A DNA stretch of 64,000 bases. Origin: Mobula hypostoma (lineage: Eukaryota). Under the pieces are notes generated by a model that worked only from the letters and a program-made list of their open reading frames with translations, ran no database searches and was not told the DNA's origin. The first letter of the stretch is position 1. Each line of letters starts with the position of its first letter. The stretch is from positions 155,310,001 through 155,374,000 of the forward strand of contig NC_086098.1 in assembly GCF_963921235.1 (NCBI RefSeq), read 5' to 3'. Of this stretch, positions 1 through 13,430 are shown piece by piece. The translations under genes and the position numbers were made by a program.

Positions 1-129
1 TCGTGCTTGCCCATGTGTGTCCAACAGTTGTGTGACACACAAGATTAATTTCCAGTCGAATTTTCAGCCGCATTTGTCTAAGTTACAAGTGGTTCTCTTG
101 AAATGAAGACCAAGTTTTTGATAATGTCG

Positions 130-685
130 AATGTAAAAACTCTGATTAGGCAATACTTGGATTACCATGAGGAATTATAGTTGCCCCATTACAGGAAGGA
201 TGTGAAGGTTTTGGAAAGAGTACAGTAGACGTTTACAGAACACTGACTGGATTAGAAGGTATGAATACAAGGACAGGTTGGATGTACTTGGGTTGTTTTC
301 TCTGGAGTTCCAGAGGCTGAGGTGAGACCAAATAGAAGTTTATAAGATTGAGAAGCATAGGTAGGATAGACAGGATCATTTTCTCCGGTTAGTAGAGGGC
401 TTGCATTCAAGGTGTGAAGGGGAAAGTTTAAAAGAGTTGTGCAGGGCACGTTTCCCCCTCCCCCTACCACCACCACCTAGAAAGGTGCCTGGAAAGGGCT
501 GCTGGTGGGAGTGGTGGTAGAATACAGATACAGTAGAGGCCGTCAGACCAACATGTGCATGAGGAGAATGGAGGGATAGGGGTCATGTATAGGTAGAAGT
601 GAATTACTTTAATTCTGCCTCATGTCTGGGGCAGAGGTTATTGGATTAAGGGGCTGTTCCTGTTTGTATTGTTCTATATTCTGTA
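130..685 (+). mobile_element. Decayed CR1 LINE 3' fragment
   Basis: Degenerate ...RKDVKVLERVQ.., LGLFSLE.., ...DKQDHF.. RT C-terminus and a CR1-type ctgttcctg..ttctatattct tail. Confidence 0.7.
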
Positions 686-785
686 ACATTTTAACTTCAA
701 GAGCCTGATCCATCTGTCTGCAGTCACCACACAATTCTCTTCCAGACTGCCCTCAACTACAACGACCAAGCCTGGAATCCCAGTT

Positions 786-1900
786 GTATTTAGTATTTCA
801 GTAATATTTGTAAATATATTGTTTCAGTGTTCTTTGTTGCTTACATAATTAATTACAGGTTATATGTAAAAGTATGTGAATGACACATATCATCTCAATA
901 AAGTAAAACAAAGTAGACATTTTATCCCTGGGCTCCTGTGTTTTCCTTTCAATTAATTTCTGGGGCAATAAAACATAACCATGGCAACAAGGTAGTTTTA
1001 AAATGAACCTGAGAAAATTACCTACCTGTTGAAGTGCAGACCGTTTTCTCCGCCTCTGGAAAGGGAAAAGAAACATTCAATATTTAAAAAAACAATGCAG
1101 CACGTGTCTCTTCGGAAGGGGGAGAGAGAGAGACGGTTGAGTTTAAAAAGAAAGCAGAAAATGGATGAAATTCATGGTTTCATAAAAAGTGTGTACCCAG
1201 TAATAATAATACATTTCTTAAAAAAGCAGAAATGGCTGGCTACATCAGTCAGATAGACTTACTTTGGTTACACACTAGATAACTGAGTGGTGTATACTAA
1301 ATGAATTGAGCAATATTTTAAAGTGAATAAAATTGCCAATGAGAAGCAAGCGCCAGTTTTGCTGAGTGCATTGGGTTTAATGGCATACAGTTTGCTTAGA
1401 AACTTAACTGCTCCAACCAAACCAGTTAAAATGAGTTTTGCTGATATTATGAAAGTAATGCAGGAACATTTAGAACCAAAACCATTGTTGATTGCAGAAC
1501 ACTTTAGGTTGCATAAGTGTAATCAAAAGGAAGGGGAGTTCATTTCAACTTGCATGGCTGAAATGAAGAAATTGTCCGAGTATTGTCAGTTCAGTGATGG
1601 GCTAATGATGTACTGAGTTAGTTTTGCTTGTGGAATCCTACAAGAAAGCATTCAAAAACAGCTCCTAACTGAAGCACAACTCATATTTAAAAGAGCAGTT
1701 GAAATTGCAGTATCAATAGAAACAGCACCCAGAAATGCAATCGAGTTTCAGTCAGGAATGAAAGTGAGCATGCCAAAATTGCAATGTCTAAACAGAAACA
1801 GGCTTGGCTGAACAAATTGTGTTACTGGTGTCGCAGGGGCTCGCATACAGCAGACCAATGCAGGTTTAAAAATGAAGTGATTCTAAGTTGCCATGTTTGA
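786..1900 (+). mobile_element. Ty3/Gypsy LTR retrotransposon remnant: 5' LTR (~786-980), PBS, broken gag
   Basis: TG...CA LTR followed by PBS-like tggcaacaagg at 981; gag-like LLSALG..AYSLLRNLTAPTKP...HLEPKPLLIAE.F; zinc knuckle CYWCRRGSHTADQC near 1820. Confidence 0.8.
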
Positions 1901-3269
1901 AACGGGAGAAAATTTGGCACAAATTTGGCACAAAGAGAGGTACCCTCTATGAATGTTTTTAGGAACCAATTATCCCTTCCAGGTGTGAATACAGCTGTTA
2001 TCTTTATCAAAAATAGATTTCCACTTTGCTGGCAGAGCCAGTCTTGACTTCTGCAATACAGCAGTGAACAGCAAAGCACCTATGTATAATTTTTTTTCAA
2101 TAGGTGCTGCCTATAGGTAAGGCTTCTGTTAGTTAAAGTAACCCAGCCTTTGACAAAGTGCTGTGCCAAATAGTAAATAAAAACACAAATGTTTCCTCTG
2201 CTTCAGTTTGCTCTCAGCAACCTTGCCCCAGATCTTTTGCATTTTGCTATGAACTGAAGCATTGCAAAATTCAAGAATAACTCTATTGGCAACATGGGGG
2301 ACATTGCACTCTGGGCGAACGTAACTTCTACATTGACAGAAAAAAAAAGAGATAGTTGCATGCAGCGCAGGGCTCCCAAAATCTGAGGTACTCACAGAGA
2401 TTGCCTCTATCCTTCTGGGCAGCTTCCTTCCATTAGTGGTCTTTACTTCATGAGCTACCTCCTGCAAAACACAGCTCTTTAGAAGCCTCCTTCCAAGTAC
2501 CAGGGAAAATCTGCCATTTCTCAATCTGCTTCCTCCATGCAACTCCTAAACTATGGTAGTCTTCTCTGCAAACTCTCTCCAGTAATCAGTTGCATTGTGG
2601 TGTGACCTTGTGATGTCCATTTCTTGAGGTCAGATCCTTAAGGAAAGATGTTCCTATCCTCAAGACCTCCTGATAGAGAGTGGCACTACATGAGCGAACC
2701 TCCTCATGCAGTTTTGGCAACAACACATGATTATTTTTAAAGATTCAAAGTACATTTATTATACAGTACACAACCCTGAGATTTGTCTTCCCACAGACAG
2801 CCACAAAACAAAAATATACCATTAAGATAGCCTATAGTGGGATTGCTGACACCATTTTAACACAGGAAAAGTCGTGCAGGTGAAATATTTTGGCCCGTGT
2901 CTGTAAAAGTTAATACACTGGGAAAAATAAAATGGGACTGAAAGTTGTCATTTGATCACCATCTCTACGTGTGTGTGTGTGTGTGTGAATGAGAGTCGCT
3001 GTTCTCTCTCTTGTACATTACATTGCTGATTCATGACAAGCTAGACTGCATTTGTGAGTACAGAGATAATTGAGGTCTCACAAGCCTTTGCCACTGGTGA
3101 AACAAATTTCTCCGCTAGTTATTGAAGCTTATTCTCTGCCATAAACATAATGCCCAAAAGCAATCTGCAGGGAACGAAGTGCATATATTTGTGGATTTTA
3201 CCTTTCTTTTTCTTATTAACTATGGTGCATCATTTTGTTCCCTCAGATTGTCAGAATGTATGTAACAAG

Positions 3270-3440
3270 ACTGTACATTCTCTCCAAGACCGTGTACAAT
3301 TCCATCGGGTGCTCCAGTTTTCTCACACATTCTAAATGCGTATGGATTAGGGTTAATGGGTCACTCGGGTGGTGCAGGCTTGTTAGGCCTGAAGGACCTG
3401 TTACCATGCACTCTCTCTCTAAATAAAGTAAAATTAAAAA
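3270..3440 (+). mobile_element. V-SINE fragment
   Basis: V-domain-like tgtacattctc...gggtgctccagttttctc and CR1-like tail; paralogous to 34033-34328. Confidence 0.55.
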
Positions 3441-3939
3441 TGTGTTACACATGCACCAATTAGGAGATACAGCTGTTCCCCCTTAAAGGTATTACTCAGT
3501 GCAGACTGTTTTAGAAAACATCCAAGGCTACAGATTACCCTTGATACAATTAATGGATGCCTACGATTAATGCCTACGATATGTGTGTGCTCTACTTCAG
3601 GTCCACTCTTTAAATTCAACTTTAACCTGCGTGAAATAAATGGGTTCACATCCAGATTAAAACAATGGAGAAAGGAATACCACTCCCAGTCTGTCTGATA
3701 ACATGCCTATCTTTCCAACATGCCATCAGTCTATAATCTGCAAAGAGGAGTATCACTGAATATCATGAACAGGGAGAGAGCATGAGAGTGGCTCTATGGC
3801 CAGAATAAAAGCTCATATTTGTACTAAAGAGAAAACCAATTTAACAAAATGTTAATTCCTAGTTTAGAGGTTAACTACAGCCTGTGATTATTTCAACACT
3901 GCAGCATTTACAATGTAATACCCCCTCCCCTTCCCATTT

Positions 3940-4395
3940 TGAAATGAATTGAATTGACTTATTTCTTACATCCTTCATATACATGAGTAAAAATCTTTAT
4001 GTTACATCTCCGTCCAAATGTGCAATGTGCAATTATAGGAATTTATAATAAATATTATGTGCAACAGGACAGTCAATATAACATAGAAATACGGTTGTGT
4101 CAGCATGAATTAAGCAGTCTGTTGGTCCTGGCTTTTATGCTGCGGTACCGTTTTCTGGATGGTAGCAGCTGGAACAGTTTGTGGTTGGGGTGACTTGGGT
4201 CTCCAATGATCCTCCGGGCTCTTTTTACACACCTGTCTTTGTAAATATCCTGAATAGTGGGAAGTTCACATCTACAGGTGTGCTGGGTTGTCCGCACCAG
4301 TCTCTGCACAGTCCTGCGATTGAGGGAGGTACAGTTCCCATACCAGGCAGTGATGCAGCCAGTCAGGATGCTCTCAATTGTGCCCCTGTAGACAG
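3940..4395 (-). mobile_element. Rex1/Babar-like LINE 3' fragment
   Basis: IESILTGCITAWYG, ARRIIGDPSHPNH.LFQLLPS.KRYRSI.ART C-terminal motif. Confidence 0.8.
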
Positions 4396-5195
4396 TCCTA
4401 ATTTAACTACATGATGTTTACTCATTTTTTTTCTGTGAAACAAGGTTCCATTAATTCAATCATCACCTTTAAACTCCTTGAAATTTATCCAGTTGACTGT
4501 GCAAAGCATCCAATATTCACTGTGTGGCATTTAGACATAAAGTCTTGAATAGAGATTGAGCTGTTATTTAAAAACAGTAATTGCTTCTCTGTTTTTCAGT
4601 AGATCCAGCCAACATTATTTTTTTAGGAAACATGTTTGCTTTGATCAGAATTCCATTTCTAAATGGAATTCCTACTAAACCCATGATTTAATTTAAATAT
4701 GAATTAGATTCATTGAATGCTTCTTTGATCATTATCAGTTAGTATTTTATATTACAATGATGCAGTGCCTTTCTATAAACAATATGCCTGTAAACTGAGC
4801 AACTGATTGAATACACAACAATAGCATATTCAATAAAACACATTTGAAATTGTTCTCCAAATGCTAATCTCAATGTCTGGGTCTGGATTTAAAAACAATC
4901 TCAACATACATACATACTTACGTAAGCCTTTGAACAGAAATAGCATGTTAGCCTTCAGCCACAGCGTCTCAACAAACTTCCTCAATTTTACCCTCTAGCA
5001 CCGTTTAAAGTACATTTATTATCGAAGTACATATAGAACACCATATAGTACCTTGAGATTCATTTCCTCGCAGGCATTTACAGGAGATAAAGAAAAAGAA
5101 TAGAATGTATGAAAAACTATAAATAACTATAAATGGCAAACAACTCTGTGCAAAAGACAAATCATGCAAATATGAAATTAATAAATAAATATGAT

Positions 5196-5932
5196 AAGAC
5201 AGGCCATAGTCAGCATGATTTCCTTAACGGCCAATATTGCCTGACAAATATGTAAGAATGCTTTAAGAAACTAACAAGCAGGATAGACAAAGAATTGGTG
5301 GGTGTTGTGTCATGTTGTATCATGAGACTGCTTAGCAAGATACGTGTGCATGGAATTACAGGAAATATACTAATATAGATAGAGCATTGGCTGATGAAGG
5401 GTCTTAGCCCGAAATGTCGACTGTACTCTTTTCCCTGGATGCTGCCCGGCCTGCTGAGTTCCTCCAGCATTGTATGTGTGTTGCAGAGCATTGGCTGATT
5501 GGCAGGAGGCAAAGAGTGGGAATAAAGGGAGCTTTTCTGACTGGCTGCTGGTGACTAATGTTGTTCTGCAGGGGTCAGTTTTGGGGCTGCTTCTTTTTAC
5601 ATTGTATGTCGATGATTTGGATGATTGAATTGATGGCTTTGTTGCCATGTTTGCGGACAATATGGATATAGGTGGGGGCAGGTAGTATTGAGGAAGCAAG
5701 GAGACTGCAGAAGGACTTAGACAGATTAGGAGAATGGGCAAAGAAATGGCAGTGTCAGGAAGTGTATGGTTATGCAATTTGGCAGGAGAAGTAGAAGTGT
5801 GTACTATTTTCTAATGGGAGAAAATTCAAAATTCTGAGGTGCAAAGGGACTTGGGAGTCTTCGTGCAGGATTCCCTCAAGGTTTACTTTGCAGACTGAGT
5901 CAGTGGTGAGGAGGTAGCATTCATTTCAAGAG
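5196..5932 (+). mobile_element. Decayed CR1 RT fragment, interrupted by a PLE micro-insertion
   Basis: SQHDFL.G..CLTN, QGSVLG.LLF, FADN motifs. Confidence 0.8.
5396..5484 (+). mobile_element. 89-bp PLE hammerhead+tail micro-insertion with 15-bp TSD
   Basis: TSD agagcattggctgat at 5381-5395 and 5485-5499; body homologous to PLE 3' ends at 38555-38644. Confidence 0.85.
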
Positions 5933-5982
5933 AAAAGAGAGAGGGAGAGAGAGAGAGAAAAAGAAGAAAATAAACAAACAAA

Positions 5983-6490
5983 CAAACACCTTATATTCCG
6001 TCTGGGTACAACACCTTATATTCTGCCTGGGTAGCCTCCAATCTGATGGCATGAACATTGACTTGTCTAACTTCTGATAATGCCCCTCGTCCCCTTCTTA
6101 CCCCCATCCCTTATTTATTTATTTCATTTTTTTCCCTTTTTTTCTTTCACTCTCTTTTCTCCCTCTGTCCCTCTCACTATAACTCCTTGCTTGCTCTCCA
6201 CCTTCTTCTGGGCTCCCCTCCCCCTATCTTTCTCCCCAGGCTTCCCGTCCCATGATCCTCTCCCTTCTCCAGCCTTGTATCCCTTTTGCCAATCAACTTT
6301 CCAGCTCTTAGCTTTATCCCTCCCCCTTCTGTCTTCTCCTATCATTTTGGATCTCCCCCTCCCACTTTCAAATCTCTCACTATCTCTTCTTTCAGTTAGT
6401 CCTGCCGAAGGGTCTCAGCCCGAAACGTCGGCTGTATCTCTTCCTAGAGATGCTGCCTGGCCTGCTGCGTTCACCAGCATTTTGTGTGTG
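5983..6490 (+). mobile_element. Penelope (Neptune-type) 3' fragment: end of GIY-YIG, pyrimidine-rich 3' UTR, mutated HHR
   Basis: HLIF.LGSLQ.DGMNID; clear homology to 38180-38645; HHR core mutated to ctgccga. Confidence 0.85.
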
Positions 6491-7019
6491 CTGGGTAAGG
6501 AATATTTTCTTACAGGAAATTCCTGTCTCAGAAGGCTGTTAAGGACAGGTGACTGGACATAGATAAATGGGAGATAGATTTTTATTGTAGGATTGGGGAA
6601 TTGTGGAAAACTAACACAAAACAGATGCTGAAGCCAGGGTAAATCAGCTATGGTATATTGAATGTGGGCCAAGCTTTAGTGGTCAAATGGTTTACTCCTG
6701 ATCCAATTTTCTTGCATGTACTCTTAAGAAGCTGAAGCATCCAAAATATTTAAAAAGTATGATCTGGCAATTTCATTTCTTGATCTGTTTGTACCTCAAT
6801 GGTGCTACTGAAAACTATTAATAAACCTTTTACATTAAAAAATCTACATGCAGTTGTTTGGAAATTCTGATGGATAATTCATCAGTCAGCTTTGAGCCAC
6901 GATTCTAGACTACGAGTGCAATGCGTGACTGGAGACAGCCCCGCAATCCAGAATACCAGGGCTCAGAAAGTGGGGAGCACTGAGGCTGGAGTCAGGGAAG
7001 AGAATTTGATAGGTTTGTA

Positions 7020-7820
7020 ACCAAAGGTAGGGAGGGGAGGGGTCGTACCATTAAATTTACCGAGTTCACGGGAACATTTACACAACAGAGTAAAGTGTGA
7101 AGAAAAATGAAATAACATCATGCTTGGGTACTATAGAGTAACATCCAACAATCTTGAAAATAACTAATCTGGTTCTATCAACAACACGAGGATGCCGGTT
7201 TCTAGGAGTTTCACAATAGAGCTTAATTAACTTTGAGCATCCTACCCAGAAACGCTTCTTTAGGGTCTGTCTGTGGGAAAAAAAATCAATTTATTCAACA
7301 TTGTAATCGAGGAGTGTATTCGATCCCAGGCTCCTCTCGCATGGATTATTATTCAAATACCTTCTGTGTCTTTACAATTACCAATGGACCCTGCTATACA
7401 TCTTCTAAACGATGACTCCCACCTTTCCCTTATGGAAAAAACACGCAAAGTCTGGCTGGCAGGCCTGACTGCAGCTAAGCAGATTGTAGTCCAGCATTGG
7501 AAACCTCCCCATGATATTTCAAATACTCACTGGCTTCGGAGATTTTTGGACATTTCTTACCTGGAACTTTCATCAGCAAGAGTAAATGATGGACGACCAA
7601 ACACAATCTTAATGTGGACAAATTTGATATCTAACTTAAAAGATCTTTTGTTAAAATGGGAATGCTTTGTCTGTGTATGCACTACTATTCAGTTGGTTGG
7701 TGGAGGGGGGATGGTGATGAAGGTTGGGGGGTAGCTGGGAGAAACAGTCAAAATGTAATTGGCAACTGGTTATATTGAATGTAATTTGTTGGTGTTGCAA
7801 TAAAAAATTAGTAATAAAAA
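7020..7820 (+). mobile_element. L1/Tx1-like LINE ORF2 3' end
   Basis: LAGLTAAKQIVVQHWK...W...YLE C-terminal motif typical of fish L1; G-rich 3' UTR and aataaa/A-rich tail. Confidence 0.75.
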
Positions 7821-7825
7821 TACCT

Positions 7826-7921
7826 GCAACACACATCAAAGTTGCTGGTGAACGCAGCAGGCCAGGCAGCATCTCTAGGAAGAGGTACAGAGGACATTTC
7901 GGGCCGAGACCCTTCGTCAGG
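7826..7921 (-). mobile_element. ~96-bp PLE hammerhead+tail micro-insertion with TSD
   Basis: aaaaatacct repeated at 7816-7825 and 7926-7935; reverse strand reads cctgacgaagggtctcggcccgaaatgtc...gtgtgttgc. Confidence 0.85.
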
Positions 7922-8169
7922 ATAAAAAAATACCTTATGTGTCTTGCTCATAATTTCTACGCATTTGATGTGTGTGGTTACTCCCATTAAAGAGGCCCAT
8001 GGTGGCTTCAAACTTTAATTTTCAAAAAATCAATTAAATAAAGAGACACAAAATATCGTTTAGGGTACTTTCTGCATCTCAGTTATGACAATGTACACTC
8101 ATCTTACACCTTTATACAAATACAATTCTTAACAAGCCTTCTTTCCATAAATGTAACTCCAACATTTCC

Positions 8170-8330
8170 CCACTCGCGACCCAGAACCATTCCAATGTTT
8201 TTTTCAGCCGTTTACCTATTCGAACACCCACAGTTAGCGCTGCGCAGGCGTACTTCCGCTTCTTCCCACCTGCCGCGAGTCTCCGCATGGCGCCATTATG
8301 TGTGCGCCGCTGAGCGGGAAAGGCTCTGTG
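8170..8330. promoter_or_regulatory. Orphan CpG-rich promoter-like patch
   Basis: NRF1-like gctgcgcaggcg, ETS-like acttccgc, palindromic YY1-like atggcgccat; no gene assigned. Confidence 0.45.
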
Positions 8331-8893
8331 ACAAATACACTCAAAAACTTCTATAGTTGTACCATGGAGAGCATTCTGACAGGCTGCATCACTGTCTGGT
8401 ATGGAGGGGCTACTGCACAGGACCAAAAGAAGCTGCAGAAGGTTGTAAATCTAGTCAGCTCCATCTTGGGTACTAGCCTACAAAGTACCCAGGGCATCTT
8501 CAGGGAGCGGTGTCTCAGAAAGGCAGCATCCATTATTAAAGACCTCCAGCACCCAGGGCATGCCTTTTTCTCACTGTTACCATCAGGTAGGAGATACAGA
8601 AGCCTGAAGGCACACACTCAGTGACTCAGGAACAGCTTCTTCCCCTCTGCCATCTGATTCCTAAATGGACATTGAACCCTGGACGCTACCTCACATTTTT
8701 AATATACAATATTTCTGTTTTTGCACATTTTTAATAATCTGTTCAATATACATAATTGAATTACTTGTTCATTTATTATGTTTTATTTATTTTTTCTCTC
8801 TCTGCTAGATTATGTATTGCATTGAACTGCTGCTGCTAAGTTAACAAATTTCACATCACATGCCGTTGACAATAAACCTGATTCTGATTCTGA
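8330..8893 (+). mobile_element. Rex1/Babar-like LINE 3' fragment
   Basis: NFYSCTMESILTGCITVWYG...LLPSGRRYRSL; (attctg)n tail. Confidence 0.85.
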
Positions 8894-8929
8894 AGGCAGT
8901 GAATAAGTTGTATCAGTGTTAGATTGCAG

Positions 8930-9340
8930 AATGTTGAAACTGGGGAGGTGGTACACCAGTCACTGAGAACAAAAATGCAAGGTGAGGTCACCAGTCAGGA
9001 AGGTTAATGATACATTAGATATTTTACTGTGGTTATATAGTGTTTATAAGCCCACACAGGATATTATATCCAGAAAGCAGATCCAGTACTTGCTATAGAG
9101 CCAGTGCAACAAAATGTCACCAAACTGACTCCTGGGATAGCAAGACCATTTATGAGAGAAAGTTTGATCAAGTAGGGTACACGCTAGAGTGCAAAAGGTT
9201 TAGATCTGATCTAATTGAAAGGTACAAAATTCTGACAGGGTTCAACAGGCTGAATGTGAGGGGGAAGGGGGGAATTGACCACCCTGGTTTGGGGGTGGAT
9301 GAGCCTAGAATCAGTGTTCACACTGTCAAGAAACAAGACT
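8930..9340 (+). mobile_element. Highly decayed CR1 fragment
   Basis: RFRSDLIE.YKILTG..R motif. Confidence 0.55.
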
Positions 9341-9349
9341 GATATGAAG

Positions 9350-9438
9350 ATCAAAGTTGCTGGTGAACGCAGCAGGCCAGGCAGCATCTCTAGGAAGAGG
9401 TACAGTCGACGTTTCAGGCCGAGACCCTTCGTCAGGAC
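9350..9438 (-). mobile_element. ~89-bp PLE hammerhead+tail fragment with intact HHR core
   Basis: Reverse strand gtcctgacgaagggtctcggcctgaaacgtcgact...; no TSD seen. Confidence 0.8.
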
Positions 9439-9649
9439 ACTCCTATAGTATGCCTATAGTATACATGAACATGTACAATATACTCATTGGCTAATGACAT
9501 GAATATTCTCACTTACACTGTATTTGTAAATTGATCACACTGTTTAATCTGGCAACCTACCAGGAAAATCAATCTTCAATTTCCCAATTCTTGTTTTAAA
9601 CTTCCTTTGGTCTCAAGCAGTTGGCTCTTTCCTGGCTTCAGCTGACAAT

Positions 9650-10157
9650 GTGCACTCCAATACCAAATAAAGGGGCAACTGAGTGTATGTTCATGGTCTT
9701 CTTCTGCTGTAGCCCATTGACTTCAAGGTTTGACAAATTGTTTAGAGATGCTCTTCTGCACACCACCGTTGTAATAGATGGTTACTTGAATCACTGTCAC
9801 CTTCCTGTGGCCATTCTCCTCTGACCTCTCTCAAAAGGTGTTTTCAAACTGCAAAACTGCCATTCAATCAATGCTTTTTTTCTGGTTTTACACACCATTC
9901 TTTGTAAACTCTGGAGACTGTTGTCTGAACATCCCTGGAAATCAGCAGTTTCTGAGATACTCAAACCACCCCATCTGGCACCAACAATCAATCCACAGTC
10001 AAAGACACTTAGATCACATTTCTTCCCCCATTCTGATATTTGGTCTGAACAACAACTGAACTGCTTGACGATGCCTGCATGTGTTTATGCAGTGAATTGC
10101 TGCCACATGATTGATTGTATATCTGCATTAACCTAATAGCATGGCTACTGAGTGTGT
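9650..10157 (-). mobile_element. Non-autonomous Tc1-type DNA transposon
   Basis: Reverse-orientation paralog of 39212-39860; degenerate TIR ...cctaata..tggctactgagtgt. Confidence 0.7.
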
Positions 10158-13099
10158 ATCTGTGTAACTATGGGCAGACAGCTGGTACAAATTTGTACTG
10201 ATTATGGTTTGAGGGAGGTACACTCATTTGTTCAGGCCTTACCTTGCTGAGTTTGAGACCACAAAGCCAGTGAGTTGCTGGATGACTATCGTAGCTCTCT
10301 GGCAAAATATTACATTGTAGAATTATTTCACTTTGGTACAATGGTCACAGTGCGATTGTCAAATATATAAAAAATGATAGCCATGATTGAATCCTCTATA
10401 CACTATCTTAATGACATGCTCATCTCTGTTGAATAGCAATGGATGTTGAGGCTTTCTCCAGATCTTCAATGTACATATGTACTGTATATAATACTTAGTT
10501 CATCAGAAAGAAATGAACTAGATATAAATAGACATATTGGTTCTTTCACCAAATCTGATAGATATATTGCACAAAAAGAATGCAGTAAGTAATTTTGGTT
10601 GTCCTCAAGTGACTATTCAACGGTGTTAGAACATTATTTTCAGTCCTTCCATGTTAACTCAAAATAGATCAAAAAGCAGACAGTTCTACAAGGAATAGGG
10701 CAAAAGTGTTTTCAAGCTATTTGCTAAAATTAAGGTTTATTTAGGAATGTCCAAAATGTAAAATATAAAAAAAGACCATCTTATCTCTACTTTGTGGTGT
10801 ATGCCTATGTCATTGACATCAGAAAATCTAGCCCAGAGAAGATTGCATTTTGCTTTCAGAATTGGTTGCTTCAAAGATTTCTGAGTCATTCTTCTCAAGT
10901 TGGTCATACTTTGTCATTTATATTTCACACATCTTTAACTTTCATTTTCCTATTATTCCTTAACTTATCAATTTTCATTTCTTTTCTCTCTCCAATTATA
11001 TTAATTTCAAATTTTTGCTCCTAATCTACGTGGCTTCTCCTTTCTTCAGCAATGTCCTATGTTATACACACATATTAAAGTCTTTAGGCTTGGACCTCTG
11101 CAAACCCTCTTGTTTCATCATCTACCCCCACAGCTTGCAATGGGACTCTATGAGACTACATTTCTATCCCTTTTGCTTTCCTTCAAGAACTACCAAGTCG
11201 GCACAGTCTTCAGTCCAGTCTTCAGTCCAGTTGTTTTCATCACTCTGAAGTGATATGACATTTAATTTTATTAATGGTCTTGTTGCAGATTATTGACATA
11301 GGTGTGGTGAACTTTCTTGAGAGCCTATGCCCAAAATGGCAATGACCTTCTAAAGCAATTCTCTTACATGCCTTGATATTTTGAGTAGACCAATGAAATA
11401 GTAACAATAGTTACGCACCTTTGATTATTTATGTTTATGTTTGTTCAACAGGTACATTTAATGTCAGAATAATGTACAGTATACAATATACATCCTGAAA
11501 TTCTTTTTTTTTCATGAACATCCATGATGTTTTCTAATAATTTGGCATTATTAAAAATGTAACTGAAAGATTGAAATAAAAGGCATTTTAGAAAACCTGT
11601 TCAAAAATAATTAATATTAATCTTTTAAAAAGGTAATTGAAAATAATCATTTCCAAATATTATTGTAGCTCATATATAAATAAGAAATGTGAACATGAAG
11701 TTACAAGCTTTGGTGCGCAATCATAAACATTCAAGGAAAGGAAAATGAAACACTTCACTCTCAGTGAGACATTTGTTGCTGAATTATCACTGAATTATTT
11801 GTTCACACAGAAATGACAGAGGAAAAAATACAAGCACAGCAAAACCAATCGCAACTGGCCCATTTGTTTAGTTTCCAAATACATTTGTTCTTGCAACCCT
11901 TTGGTTGGTGCCAAGCCAACATCTCACTACTCTCAGGTTGCTAAAAAAAACATTCGCGGCTTCATTTGGCAGTAAAGATAATCATTTATGTATCTTTTTT
12001 TAATATGGGTGCGGTTTAAAAAATTTTCCCAGTGCCATTTTGGGCATGAATGCATGCATAGGTTTGCCACCAATGAAGTCTCAAATGTACTTCAAGTAAT
12101 ACTATTGCAGCACAAATTCTGGGGGAGAAACTTCATGAAAGATTCAATTTGACACTTGCTCAGGTTTTATAGCTTTAGATAAATCTACATGAACCGAGAA
12201 GTCTCCTTGAATAATAGTTTATCATTGGATAATATTATTTTAGCACTAGCACCATGGATAAACTTGGAGTGATGCTTGGAATTAAGATTCACAATTGTCA
12301 TTTTTATTGCCATGCATTTAGTCTAATTTACCCACTGCAGATGCAAACTTATTATAGTTTATCTAACCAGGTGCTCTTGCCTTCTCCAGAATTTGCATTA
12401 TAAAATGAGTGAAGTTCCAGAAGAACTTATGATATTGACTCAAAGATAGAAAGAGGCTGCCATCTGCACCTGATCTACATTCAGGCGACTGGAATCACTC
12501 ATGTTGATCTGCATCCCTCTGGAAAGAGAAAATGAACTGGGAGCATCTTAACCATCTTAACTATTACCTGCCCACAACTCCTCGATTTTCAATGTATGAT
12601 CCCTACATACTACCTTTGACTGTAATGTACCCAATTTATGTCTCTTTTACTAAAGTAGGGGTAAAATTTGAGCAACATGCCAACTTTATTTGGGTTGGCA
12701 CAAAAGGATTATATAATTTTGGAAAATTGCACAGTATGTCTTAGAGCTAGAATATCACTGCTTCTATAATGTTACAGTATATTCAACAGTAATGAAGTCA
12801 TATAAAACTATTTTCTATTTTTTTTTGTTCCTTGGGGTGCAGCATTCTGGTGAAAACAGGGTAAAGTGTGCTGGAGGTTTAGGAACATGAATGGAAATGA
12901 GAACATTTATGCAAAAGGCTGCTGAAATCAGGCTTTCATTATCAGATGTTTCAAGATTTATTGCAATAGAGAGGAAGATTTCACTGCAGTCGAAAGGATG
13001 GTGTAAATCCAGGCATCACCACTGATCCATTCTTACCATTGTAACTTGTAATTCAGTTGCTCATTTGCCTCAAGGCTCTTCAAGAATCGATTGCAATGG

Positions 13100-13430
13100 G
13101 GTGATAAATGCATTCGTAGTCACTTTGGGCAGATGGGGCTTGGCAGCTCATCTCGGAGAAGGAAAACTCTGATGTCAACCTCTCGCTGCTTTGCGGCTAT
13201 ACCCACTCAGAGCGAAGGCTCGGGAGTAAACCCCAAGGAAAAATCCGGAGCTGGAGTCAATAACGTAGTCCTACGTTGAGTTCAATGCTGACTGACAACT
13301 CCTGCAATGCTACTGTTGCCAAACTATATCGATCTTTGCCGTTCCTTTGGACTACTCAGCTGCATGGAGGGGGGAAGCCTGCTGCATGGGCAACAGCTTG
13401 CTCTTCATTGCATACTACCCCGACCAACAG
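13100..13430 (+). mobile_element. RTE-related 5' UTR / SINE-like repeat
   Basis: ggcagc...ggagaaggaaaactctga motif typical of RTE 5' regions. Confidence 0.45.

Noticed and set aside
2129-2542. 137-aa minus-strand ORF with an internal acceptor-like site
   Set aside because: No recognisable homology and only a weak donor; cannot be supported.
11750-12075. Possible hAT terminal remnant (..cataggtttgccaccaatg)
   Set aside because: Only one degenerate TIR-like end; no partner end or transposase seen.
12368-12518. In-frame TGA as selenocysteine
   Set aside because: No selenoprotein motif or SECIS recognised; the neighbouring candidate exon has a TAA stop.
13150-13175. ggagaaggaaaactctg as the UFD1 'GEGQSL' last exon
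   Set aside because: Flanking residues do not match and the motif fits an RTE 5' UTR.
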